Assembly: GCF_036321535.1 (NCBI RefSeq)
Contig: NC_087436.1
Span: forward strand, 114,454,001-114,518,000
Length of the DNA stretch: 64,000 nucleotides
Direction: 5' to 3'
From: Camelus dromedarius
Lineage: Eukaryota
Under the pieces are notes generated by a model, which had not been told where the DNA came from, searched no databases, and was given only the letters and a program-made list of their open reading frames with translations. The translations under genes were made by a program, and so were the position numbers. Positions 1-13,198 of this stretch are shown here, in pieces. The first letter of the stretch is position 1. Each line of letters begins with the position of its first letter.

Positions 1-479
1 GTTTGCTGTCTGTTGGATAATTTATGTAATCTCCCCAGGATTTCAGTTTCTTGATTTGCAAATTGGTGATACTGGTAAGACCTAGTTTAGAGCTGTTCTG
101 AAGACTGGGAGAATTAATGCAGGTAAAGGTTCTTAACGCCACGCCTGGCACATAATGCGTGCTAATACGCGTTACCTACTGATCAAACAAAAATACAGCA
201 AAACTTTAAAAACTAAAGGCTTATCGGTATTGCCTTCACCGTTAGGAAGAAGGTGTCGGAGGAGTCGGGTTCTAGACCACAGGCACACTCGGGGACTAAG
301 GGGATGCTCAAGGGAAAACGGGGTGGGGTGGGGAGGAGAGACCCCTGGAGCTACCCGCCTGGAAGAAAAGTGGGCAGGATCACAGGCTGAGGACGAGGCG
401 CGTTGGGCGAGTTTAGAATAAGCAGCTCTACCTATGGTTCGCATTAGAAATGTCTACGGATCTCGACTGCCCGGTGAAA

Positions 480-1450
480 CCGGAGCAAGAGCGTCAGGCT
501 TAAACACCACCGTGGCTGGAACCCGGCCCGAGTCTCGCTCCCGGGCCCCGGCCGGCTCCGAGCTGGCGCCCAGACGGCCCTCAGGCCCCGGGAGTCGCGC
601 GAGCCGAACGCCCGGCCGCCCTGGACTCCAGACCCAGGCGCCAGCGGAGAGCCCGCCGCCCGCCCGCTTCTCGGTGCCGCTCGGCTTCTCACCGCCGCTT
701 CCTTCGCAGCCCGGCCTAGCGAGGGCGCCCGCGCTTGGCGGCGGCGGGAAATGACCCCTCCCGGCCCCCGTCGCCGGACTTGGTTGCTATTGTCGCCGCC
801 TTTTCCTCCCTTCCCCCGGTTCCCTTTCACTTCCGGGGTTGCTCCGGATCCGCTGGTTCCGTAACAACATCCCGTTGGCTTCCCTCAGGCGGCGGGACCG
901 GTGCAGCCGCCGCCTCCCAGGAGTGCCCGCCCGCCCGGGCCCGCGCCCTCCCCGGCCCAGGCCGCCATGGCCACCAACCCGCAGCCGCAGCCGCCGCCTC
1001 CCGCGCCGCCGCCTCCTCCGCCGCAGCCGCAGCCGCCGCCGCCGCCTCCCGGCCCCGGGGCTGGCCCGGGCGCGGGCGGGGCGGGCGGCGCGGGAGCCGG
1101 CGCCGGGGACCCGCAACTCGTGGCCATGATCGTGAACCACCTCAAGAGCCAGGGGCTCTTCGACCAGTTCCGCAGGGACTGCCTGGCCGACGTGGACACC
1201 AAGGTTCGGGGCGCGCGGGGGCCGCGGGCGTGCGGGGACCGGGGACGACCTGTGTCGGTCTCCCGCGTGTGTCGATGGGCCGGCGGCGCCTCAGCTTCCC
1301 CAGCCGGGGCCCCTCTGGAGCGCGCCTCTCACCGAGTTGCCTGTGCAGCCGCTTCCTCTTTGAGCTGCTGCTCGGTGCCCGGCTCTGTGCGAGGCGCGCT
1401 GCTCTCATTCATTCGCCTGTCGTTCCGTTTGCGTAGCAGACGAGCTTAGT
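480..1450. promoter_or_regulatory. CpG-island promoter of BOD1L1, no TATA box seen; ETS/GABP-type CACTTCCGG at 828-836 and X-box-like GTTCCGTAACAAC at 856-868
   Basis: Very high GC and CpG density around exon 1. Motifs read directly; binding is inferred. Confidence 0.85.
967..1203 (+). CDS. BOD1L1: BOD1L1 exon 1, coding part (237 nt)
   Basis: [12 protein letters not shown]...LADVDTK; donor AAG|gttcgg. Confidence 0.95.
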
Positions 1451-4400
1451 TAAGCACCTATTACGTGCCGGGCACTGCTTAGGTGCCGGGAATATAGAAA
1501 GACGAAGTCATTGTTCTTTTGGAGACTCGTTTGGAAACACTAACGCTAACAGAGCTGTCATTTCTGATTATTTTTACCCCCGGTACATTCTATCCAAATT
1601 ATTTTTGCCTCCCCTCTTGAAGATTTCTGGTAAGGGTCATGCCTTTGTACTTCGGACAGATTTCTAAGTGGTAATGAATCAAATTATTTGCTTTGTAGCC
1701 AAGTCATTTTTGCCTCCTCTCAGGAAGATTTCTGGTAAGGGTCATGTGTTTGCCCTTTGGAGAGGTTAAGCGGTAATGAATCAAACTGTTTGCAGTGTGT
1801 GTTACTGGACATTGTGAGGGCTGCAAAGGTAAGGAGGCAGAGCTGGACGGTGAAAAGGTGGGCTGGGGAGATCAGGACTTTTGTTTCTACCAGTGACTCT
1901 GACTTAGGTAGCTTAGACCAAGTCACTTCTCTGAAGTGAGAAGGGAGAGGAAGTGGGGTGAGGGGTGAGAAGAGAGAACTGAGGAAAGGATGGACGAGAG
2001 ATGACAGCAGATATTGAAGTGGAAAAAAGACTGGACAAAAGAATGCGTTTGGGAGAGTAAAGGGTAGAGGGGGAAGGTCAGCAAAGTGATTCCCTGTACA
2101 AAAGAAGTTTGGAGCTAGGAAGGGGAAGGAATTTTGTACCAAATGTCAGAGTGGAAAGGGCATTAGCAGAAACAGGTAAACTTAGCTGGTTCAGCTAAGA
2201 ATGAGTAGAGGATACCCGGAAGGAGCATTCAGGGAGATGGTGGAAACCCAGTAGGGTCTGGAAGTCTGGAAGAAAATGAAGCAGGAAGGTTCAGTTGGAA
2301 ATGGCTGGGAAATTGGACGGGGTTGTTTGTTTGTTTGTTTTACTTAGCTCTGTTTTGGTTCACTGATTTAAAGTTTTGATGGGGTGAGCGTTTTCTCATA
2401 GCATGTTCAACTCTTCTAAAGAACCATGTTTCTTTGAGAAAAGGGTTCAGGCTTTGAGGTGAACTCTGTACAATTTTTCTATCTTCTCTGGGAAAACCTA
2501 CCTGAAAATCTGGGGACATCTTCCCTTTTAAAAACTCTGGCCCACCTTGTAGACCAGAAGTAGAATGTGCCTTTTGGAGGTGTTAGAGTTTCTGCACCAC
2601 AGAGAATTCAATTTACTTGGGGATGTTCATCTATGTAGCATGTGTATAGTCTTCTCACTTTGTTTTAAGGAATATGCACAACCAACTTTTGAAAATAATG
2701 CCTATTGCCTCTTAGTTCCTCCTCTTCTCCCTCTCTCCCTCTTCCTTTTCTCTCTCTTCCTTCCTTCCTTTCTTTCATGGGACATGGCCAAGTAAATGTG
2801 ACTCAACTAAATAAAGCTGATTATGTATACAGGCAAGTAGAGATTTCACTTTGCTGTTCTCAGAAACCTACAAATCTGTGTATTATTGTGTATGCAGATT
2901 GAAAATTAAAATATACTGAAGAGAGGTGGGGGGCTGCAATATCTAACGCTCAATTTTTTCTTCAACTCCAACCCCGCTGAATGGTATTGTTGTGTTTATA
3001 ATATCCCTGCCAGATCCTTTAAAAGCAGAGTCCTAAAACATTTTGGGGGGACACATTAAAATGTAGCCCCAAGATTCAGCTAACACGGAGGCTCCTCTAC
3101 TGTAGACCCAGTTCCCAGGTCCTTGGAGCAAGCTAAGAGATTATAAAGCCTTTCTGACCCCTTTGCACTGATTAGAGCCTGTCTCTCAGTCCCAGGCAGG
3201 GAGCTCACTGACTAAGTCAATTTGGCACCTCTCCTTACCTAAGGGCCAGTTTGGGGGTACTTTTTCAGTTATAAATGGCTCCTGGTCACTGTGATTATTG
3301 AATCCTTTTTAGATTCAAAAGGAATATCAAAGGCAGAAGTATATGGTTTATTCACCCAACAAATAGTTGCAATGTACCAGGCATTGTTTTAAGTGCCAGG
3401 GATACAGCAGTGAACAGAAAGTGCATCCTGATAGGGAGCTTGAATCCCAGAAAAGAAAAACAGACAATAAATAGTGTGTGAGAGGTTCTGTGGAAGAAAG
3501 AAAGCAGGATGAGGGGGAAAGGTTTGCTGATTTGAGTGAGTTGTTCAGGGAAGGATTTCAGTAAGATGACATTTAAGCCACTACTGAAGGAGCTGAAGGA
3601 GCTGTCCATTTCTGGAGGCTGAGCACTCCAATCCCAGGAAGAGACTGGCAGCAAGTGTGGAAGGCCCAGGGCAGCACCTGCTGAGGGAGAAAGTGATAGA
3701 AGGTGAGGTAGGAGTGTCCTTGCCCCCTCGCTTCGCAGATCTGTCAGGCCATGGAAGCCATCGGAAGAGTTTAGCTCTTACTGGAACTGAGAGGCCATTG
3801 GCAGGTGTAGAGCAGAAGACGGATGTGATCTGACTTTCATTTTGGATGGCTTGACCACATGTAATTATCAACAGTGTCCCTTTAACATTCAGTCATGATT
3901 TGGTTTGGACAATAAATTATATGGTTACCCTAATCTTAGGAGATTTGCACTAGCACTGTGGGAAATAGACTTCAGACAGGCAAGGATGGAAGCAAGGAGG
4001 TCCATAACTCTAGGCAGGAGATGAGAAAGCTCTGGGCCAGAGGGGTAGCAGTAAAGATGGCAGGAAGTGGTCAGATTCTGGCTGTATTTTGATGCTAATG
4101 ATGACAGGATTTGCTGTTGTTTTGAATATGGGATGGAAGAGAAAGGGAGGGGTCAAGGGTGACTCCAAGGCTTTTGACCAGAGCTCCAGAAGAGGAAGGA
4201 GATGCATAACTATTCCCAGGAGAACAGCGGAACTCAAGATACTTCTCTCATCACTAGGCTTTTTACCAAAAAGAGAACCTAGAAACCAGGAAAATTACAT
4301 GCTGTCATTAAAATTGAAGCTTGTGGGGCAACTGGAATGTTAACTGCATTGTGATGTTTGAGCCTAATGCTTCTGAATTTGGAAACACTGGGGAGAAGAA

Positions 4401-7400
4401 TTATATTTTAGAATCATTGAGGGGGGGAGTTAATTTCAGTTCACATTGATTTTAGATAAATGGAGAGGAATATGAGAAATGATCGTGAGCCCGTTTTTGG
4501 TAGGATAGAAAATAGGTATGAGCAAAAGTCTGGAAATTGGAAGAGATGAAGGGGTCTCACAAAGGGATAAAACCTTTATCATCTGTGTTGCCTTGATTAT
4601 TACCCAGTCCTCTCATCTAACAACTGCTTTTTAATTGCTTATCTGCCTGACAGTGTGAAAAGTTGTGTGGAATCAAAGATGCAAGCCTGTTCCTGTGGGA
4701 GGAACAGGCTTACGTGTCAGTAGGGAGATAAATATTCCCCACTCCCCACAACATAGAATTACTTGAATGATAGTATGTATAGGAGACAGGTGGAACATGG
4801 GGAAAAGGCCTACCTGGGGTGTCAGCTTGACTTCACAGATTAGGGTGAGCTCTGAAGATGAGAAATTTGCCAAATGACAGGGACAGGGAGTGGTAGGTGC
4901 ACAAGATTAAAGGGGTGAGAACTTATCACTGGAGAATAAGCTTTGACGGGTAAGGGAGCAAATAGCGGAAGATGAGGCTGTACAGTTTCACTTAAAATCA
5001 TTCGAGAACACTCAAACTCATCTATGTTAAAAGCCACCTAAAAGAAAGATTAAAAAATAAATAAATAAAAATAAAAAGCATGAGTAGTGGGGGCAACTTC
5101 CAGGAAGAAAGTTTGCAGTCCCGATTCAGCAGTCAAGCATCCTTCTAGGCAGTGTCCTTTGAAGCAGAGATGACATGTGTATTCTCTCTCTCCTTCCTTT
5201 GTTTCGGGAGTGCTCGGCCTTAGCACAGCTGACATTTTGGGCTGGATAGTTCTTTGCTGTGGGGAATTGCCCAGTGCATTGTGTGATATTCAGTAGCATC
5301 CCTGCCCTCTCCACACTAGATGCCAGTAACAGCTCCCCTCACCTGTGATGATCAGAAATGTCTCCAGACATTGCCAAATGTCCCCTGGGGTGAGAGTGGG
5401 GCAAAATTGCTCCCAGTTAAGAACCAGTACCTTACATCAAATTTAATGCCTAGTTCCAGTAGTTGACCCTTTATAATTTCTCTTGGAGCCATGCCTTTCA
5501 GCCCATTTTCACCATCCCAGTACAGGCCTTCAGTATTCTAGTTATTGCATACTTTCCTAAATATATTTTGTCTCAGTTTCCCCTTTCACTGTAGGAAGAT
5601 TAATCATCAGAAAGCTCAGCTATCACATAGCACTCTGTATGTGTAGGGGGTTCCCATTTTCTCTCCCATAATTCCAGACTTCTTATACAGGTACCCAAAT
5701 CCTTCTAGACTCTGGCCCCAAGCTATGTCTCCAGCCTCATTGCTCTACTTTTTTGTATTCCCTTCTCCACCTTAACAACGTGGGGCTCCCTAATGCTCCT
5801 GACCCCATGTTTTCTCATCTACTTGCTCTTTGTGTATATTGTTGGCCATACTGGTAACGCCTGCCTTTCCTAATCCCAGCTGCATTGTGAAACCTTGAAG
5901 GTCCAATTTAGATGCCATGCTCTCAATGGAGGCTTACTACCTCTGTTCCTCTCCCTTTCTTTGCTCCAAATCATCTAACAGTAATACTTACTGGTACCTT
6001 ATTTTCTAGTCCCTTGTCTTTAAATAAGAGATACGTTTGTCTTCTTCTTATTCTTCATCTCCAAACTTCTTGTCTTAAACAAAATGAAAGGTGTTTAAAT
6101 GACTTATAAATTATCCTGAAGCAGGAGTGTCATAAACTGTGAAAGCTTATTGCCCCATTGATACTATAACCTAAGAATTGTTAACGCTATTAAAGATACT
6201 CAAATTCCTGAGGCTGTCAGTGTTGATACTGTGTAACAGTGGAGATTTTTAACATTTGTCTTTTGTCTCTCTTTCTCTCTCTCTAGCCTGCCTATCAGAA
6301 TCTGAGACAACGCGTTGACAACTTTGTTGCGAACCATTTAGCAACTCATACATGGAGTCCCCACCTCAATAAGAACCAGCTAAGAAACAATATTAGACAG
6401 CAAGTGCTCAAGTGAGTCTCAGAATTGCAGAGCTCCTCGGAGGGCTTGGGAAGGCCGCGCTATACTCTGCCTGCAAGCAGAGAAGTTATGCAGAAGTTTG
6501 TTCACCTCATGATAAATTGTGAAGTTTGTCAGTTTTCTTGTGGCTACTTCATATTATGATTCAGTGTAGTTTTAGAGCAGGCTCTAATCGCTTCACATTT
6601 CCCTCATACGTTCAACAATCTGATTTCTCCTGTAGTCCTTTGGAAGTAAGGAAGGGAATCACAGTATGACTTTAAAAAAACAAAAAACAAACAAACAACA
6701 ATAAAAAAAAACTCTAGATATGACATGAATAGATAGTAAATGCCAGGTAGGTTAATGTATCCTATACTGTTAGGTTCACAATTATTTTCTTGGCCCTAAA
6801 AAAGCAGACTTTATTATTCCTGTTTTACAAATAAAGACATTAAAGATCATTGAAATTAAAATATTTCCTCCTGATTTGAGGCTGTGTCTTCTGTGTTCTA
6901 ATATAGCCCCCTGCTTTTTCTTTTTTCTTTCTCTTTTTTTTTTTTTTTGGCATTTTACTATTATTCTTACCTATGCTTTGTAGTGATGCTGTAACCAAAA
7001 AAGGGGGTTAAAGTGCATTTGGACACATCAGAGCCATTTTTTTGGTAAGCCTAAAGGGGGTTTAAAAAACTGGAATGTTTAGAAGGACCTAGAAAAATCG
7101 TATGTATTCCCCCAAAAAACAGATTTACAGTATTATCTTGTTCTTGGTTTTTTTGGTTTTTGGGGGTTTTTTTGTTTTTTTCTTTTTTTTGCTTTTTTTT
7201 GGTTTTGTTTTTGTATTTGCCAAAACAAGAAGACTTGGACCTTCTGTCCCTGCTGTACCCCCCAGAAAAGGTGACTACTTAATTGAAAAAGTGCCTTAGT
7301 CTTCCTGCCTTGACAAATACTTACCTTTAGGCTCATCTATTAGAATGAAATGTGGCTTTTAAACAGTTAAACAAACCTATTTTATAGCTGTTACCTCTTA

Positions 7401-10400
7401 ATTCCCTCTTGTCCCTTAGGAACCTTGCAAACCTACCTGTGTGCTACTCCACTGATAGTTCCACCCACAGGAAGCCCCACAGATAAAACTTCACCCTCTG
7501 ACTCAAAGGCCCATTTAGCCACAGGTAATACTAGACACCGGGAGCCTAGGGGCTCAGCCTGTGTCTCTTAATGAATAAGAAAAGAGGGACATTTGACAAT
7601 AGCTTTGTTGTCTACATTTTAAAGGATGTTTGAGGAACCTGTAAAAGAGTCCAGGTGAGATCAAAAGATGCCATTAGAGGGTTGCATAATAATGCCTTGT
7701 GGGAGAAGGTCGAAGCCTTTCCTGTTGGGTGGCAGACCTAGGGGGTACCTCATCTCCAGACCTCCAGGAGAACAGTAACCAAAATATTAGGGTTGGTTGG
7801 GGGGAGGGGGTGGGATGGGAGAGGGAAACTTCCTGACAGTGTCACTGGTGTGCCCACACGCTCACACAGCACTCTGCTGATCACGGAGTGCTGTCACGTC
7901 AGTTTGCATGGCTCCCCCCTTTTCACAGTTGATACCAGGGCTTTAAAAGCTCGTTTGGAAAAGAGGGTCTTGGATTTTTTTTTTTTTCTCATATGTTGAG
8001 AGGCTAAATGGAAGGCAAATTTCCTGGAACTGCCTGTCCTCGGCATACAAAACCTATAAAGCACGAAAGCAGTTGTTCTTCAAAGGGAACTAAACTCAGT
8101 CTTGCTCATGTAAAATCAGACACTTAAAATTATTAAGTTAAAATTATGCCAATATGAGACCTTGTTTTCACGGAATCTTGCTTGGCGAGGGACTGCTATA
8201 CACGTCAGTAAGGGGTTCTTAAGTTAAAATTATGCCAATATGAGACCTTGTTTTCACGGAATCTTGCTTGGCGAGGGACTGCTATACACATCAGTAAGGG
8301 GTTCTTGTGACTGTCAGACTAGCACCGGAGCAGGCTGCCTGCGGGTGAAGAGGACTCCCCTAGGGACGTTTCAGAATCGGAGAGATAGCGATCTTGTGGG
8401 TAGTTTAGGGACTGCTCTTCCTGGGACTTCTGTAAATCTCCTTCTAGCTATCTTATTTATTTTTAATTGAACTATTCTCTTGTTTAAATTCCAGTAATAA
8501 ATTTATGTCTCTTACATAACATTTTACAGTTTCTTTAAAGACTATTTAGTTGTGTCTAACTAATGCGATAGGGATGGATTAGCACCTGTAAATACAATTT
8601 CAAACAGTTTTTCTTATACACTTTGTAAAATACTCAATTGACTGCGTTAGATTGAAGCATCTACAATTGCCATTTTTGTAGGACAAAGCAGTGTAGTGTC
8701 AACAATTTTGGATGTTTAGGTTTAGTAACTAACCTGCCAACTCAATAGGTGGAAAAAAGTTTTATTCTATTTTTGCGTTCATTTGTGCAACAGAATCTAA
8801 AAAATGCAAGAGAGCAAAAAAATAACGACCTTAAAGGTACAGGATTTAAAAGGAAGAGAGGTAGCTTTAAGCAGGACAATGCAGTCTGCTGGGTTGTGGC
8901 TTTGCCTCCCTCAGGTGAGACGTCTCTGCCCGCATTTCACTGTAGTGAGCCCGGAAAGAGCAGAGTGGTTGTTAGCACTGGCCTCTGTTTTTCCCTTGTT
9001 TTATTAAAATACAGTTGATTTACAATGTTGTGTTAGTTGCAGATGTACAGCAAAGTGATTCCGTTTATATGTGTGTGTGTGTGTTTATATTCTTTTTCAG
9101 ATTTTTTTTTCCATTTTGGGTTAAGATATTAAATATAGTCCCCTGTGCTATACAGTAGGTCCTTGTTGATTATCTAATTTGTATATAGTAGTGTGTATCT
9201 TTTAATCCCACCCTTTCCCCTTTGGTAACTGAGTTTGTTTTTTATGTCTGTGAGTCTATTTCTGTTTCGTAAATAAGTTCGTTTGTATCATTTTTTAGAT
9301 TCCACATATAAGTGATGTCATATGATACTTGTCTTTCTCTGACTTTCTTCCCGTAGTATGGTATGGCCTCTGTTTTTAGGGTCCAATCTGACCCCTGTGA
9401 GAGTGGACTAAAGTAAATGAGGGCCCACAGTATCCACACACAGGGAAAGAGACTGAATCAGTAATTTGGGGTTGGACGGGTTTTATTTTTTATTTTGTGC
9501 CTTTGTACTTGTGTCTTAAAACATTTTTTTGGTTGCTTGTCCTTGCTTCTTTTCCACCTGCTACATTTTAAAGACGCCTCTAAGATGTAACAGTGTTTGC
9601 AGGACTTGCTCTTTTTTTTTTTTTTTTTTTTCCCAATCGCAGAGCCTTAGAAAGCAGGTTACCTACTTTATGCAGTGTTGACTCATTTTTCTCTTTGGCC
9701 TACATAAGTGGAATTATAGTATCCCGGGGCTGCGAGGTGCCTCCGGAAATGAAAATCCCATCCATCCTCCACGCCAGACGGAGCTGCACTCAGAAATAGC
9801 ATTGTGGAGTGTGAGGAGAAACACCCCACCCGTTCTCCAGGGAGAGCCTGAGGCCTGGAAGCCGGAGAGGCCCAGCACCCCGGCTTCCAGCACCGTCCAG
9901 GGAGCCGTGATCCTCCAGTGCTTGGTTAGAAAGAAACAAGGGTTAAGTGCGTTGCTTAAAATAAATTCTTGTCCTCTTATTTTGCTCAGATGCCTTTGTG
10001 ACTTTGGGCACTCTTCAGACTTTGTGTCCCTTTGGTTCCTCCGTTTTCTATAGATGGTATTTCTTTGAACACTTTCTTCCCCTTTTCTTCTCTGGAAATC
10101 AAGACTCGGTTTAAATGTCATCTCCTTTGTGAAGCATTCCCAGATGATCTCAGACATGGCTAATAATTCCTTATCCTACTCTTTTCTTACAGTGTGCGGT
10201 GTGTCCCAGTGCCTGTCATCTTGTATTTTGATTGTGTATGTCTGTCTGCTCTGCAGAATGGGGACCAGGTGTGACTTGTAGCAGCCCAGCGGCTCATGTG
10301 GTACCTGTTACGTAGAAGACACTCACAACATAATTGTTGAATGAATAAGTCATTTTGTTTTTATAGCAGGAAGATAAGCAAAAGAAGGCCAGAAGTCTTA

Positions 10401-13150
10401 TATTGTATTTTTGTTCTTCTAAAGTTTTCTTTTTTCTTTTTTTTTTTTAATTTTGTAAGTTTGGTGAATTTACACTTTGTGTGAAGACTCTAATTCTTAC
10501 AGAGGCTTACATTTTTAAGTTGCAGAGCCCATCGATTTATTTTACACCCAGAACTCAGCTTTAGTGATCATTTATTCCTGTCGGCCGTGGGCAGGGTTGG
10601 GGCGGCATAAGCATCACCCACAGGGCTGGCCTTTAGATCACGTGCTGTGTCTAGTTCTAGGGCTGTTTTGTTTTGGTTTTGTTTTATTTGCTCTAGAATT
10701 TCCACTAGTGACACAGTGGTGGAAAGTTCATGCACTTTTTGCAGTATGGCATATTAAGTGCCACTATGGTGTGAAACTTACTTTCCATTCTGTATTCTTT
10801 GTGTATATCCAAATGAAGATTAAAAATATATGCAATAGAGACAAGTTTGCTTAAAAGTAATTAATGCACATAATGCAGTTTTTGTCTGTTTGTTTGTTTT
10901 ACTTTTCTGTTAATTATCCTGTGTTTCAGATCAGGAATGTTGGAGTCTGGCATTGACCGAATTATTTCTCAGGTTGTGGATCCAAAGATCAACCACACAT
11001 TCAGACCTCAGGTGGAAAAAGCTGTGCATGAGTTTTTGGCCACACTGAATCACAGAGAGGAAGCGAGTGGCAGCACAGCTCCCGACGAGGAGAAACCAGA
11101 CTCTTCCGTCATCACACCAGGTGTGCTGCTTTTGCTGTTGGTCAGTCCCATTGCTGTTCTTCTTGAACTGAGTATCAAGTTAGGGGTATTTAGTTCTTTA
11201 AAGCGTTTCTCTATTTGGCCAGTCCGGTGAGATTGTATTTATCTTAATTATCACCCAAATTCCTCAACTGGCATAACATTTCTCTCTTTTAAAATTAATA
11301 CAGAATAATAGGCTTTTTAGTGGAGGGGGGGTTCAACAGAGGGAATAATTAAAATAATTAGAGAACATACTCTTTCTGGAAACTAGACTGTTGTCAGATT
11401 TGCATGGTGCCTTTCCTAAGATAGTATAGTAGCGAGGTAGAGAATTTAGAATGTGTGAGGCACTAGCACCAGTACCTGAAAGGCTAAAGACATATGTGTC
11501 ATATAAAGATGACAGTGGCAAGTGACCTTGTTCAGCAGAGGGGTTTACCTTCTGCGTAAATTTATTCTAAAACATGTCTTTCCCGCAAAGGTGTCCCTGC
11601 CCCTGGACCCAGTGCAAACGTGGCCAGTGATGCCATGTCAATCTTGGAAACCATCACATCTCTTAACCAAGAAGCTAGTGCTGCCAGGTCCTCAACAGAA
11701 ACGTCAAACGCCAAGTCCAGTGAGAGAATATCCAAAAAACTACCCTCTCAGCCAAGCACTGACACTGTTGCCGAGAAGGAGAGAACTTCAGAGGAGACAA
11801 CTGACAAAGAGAAATCTACACCTGACCCTGCAGGGGAAGGACAGGAAACAGCCCCCAAGTCTGAAGAATTTAGTGATCTCCCTTGTCCAGTTGAAGAAGT
11901 TAAAAGTCACACAAAAGAGAGTAATAGTTCAGTTCTGCCAAACAAGGATGTTCAACAGGAAAGCAGTGACCAAAAAAATAAATCAACAGATAAAGGTGAA
12001 AAGAAACCAGACAGCAATGAAAAAGGAGAAAGAAAGAAAGAAAAGAAGGAAAAGACTGAAAAGAAACTCGATCACTCAAAAAGGAGTGAAGATGTACAAA
12101 AAGTAAAAGATGAAAAACAAGCAAAGGAAAAAGAGGGAGAATGTTCAAAACTTCTGTCAGAAAAGAACAATAATAAAGCTAAAACTGGTGAAGGGACAAA
12201 AGAAGGTAAAAAACTTAGAAAAATCTACAACAGTTTAAAGAACAATGAGTGTCCATTGTGGGCACATCAAATTTGCCTTCAAATTTTAATAAATACATCT
12301 GATACTTGTGTTTAAAAGCCTGAAAACTCATATCCTCTTTGCTAAAAAATAAGGAATAAATATTTGTATTTTTCTTTTCTATATTAATGTTAACCATGTG
12401 AATTAACCAGTTCACAGAGTAAATGAACAGAGAAGCTCTAAACCTTACAATTGAACTCTTGTAATTAATTCACATGCATTATTCCAAGCAACTTTATTCA
12501 TATTTGTATATCCTAATCTTTAAAATATTAGATAGTAAATATTTTAGTTAGCTACTTAAGATTTCCTTACTTACATCATCTACATCATAAGTTAACATTT
12601 TCATTAATTTCACAGGGTAATAGTGTGCCTTTGTATTTTTCGGAAACAACTCTCCCTTATTTGATGATACTGGTTACTGATGATGAGAGACTAGTTCTGA
12701 AGTTAAAGTTTTTTGACATGTGTTTAAAGCAGAAAAATTTAGATGTGGGTGTTGAGTATGTTCTTATAACAAGATGATGTACTTTTTATGTTTTATTTTC
12801 TTCGTGAAGATTTCTCTTTGATAGATTCTGATGTGGATGGACTTACAGACATCACAGTTAGCTCTGTCCATACCAGTGACCTTTCATCTTTTGAAGAAGA
12901 CACTGAGGAGGAAGTTGTAATGTCTGATAGCATGGAAGAAGGGGAGATTACATCAGACGGTAAAGTGTTTTACTTAATGCCTCTGAAGCTTCCCATCGGG
13001 TATTAGTGTATATTCAGATGGCTATATCGTGAAAGACTGTGGTGTAGTGGCACGACCGTGGGACCTTTCTTTAAGCCCCAGCTCTGAGGTTGTCTGTCTG
13101 ATTATTACAAGCTTTAGATGAGATCGTGTATGAATATGCTATCTTGGGGG

Positions 13151-13198
<48 letters not shown>

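Noticed and set aside
434..1449. Many overlapping ORFs in the BOD1L1 CpG island
   Set aside because: Stop-poor GC-rich DNA; only the frame from ATG 967 matches a known protein.
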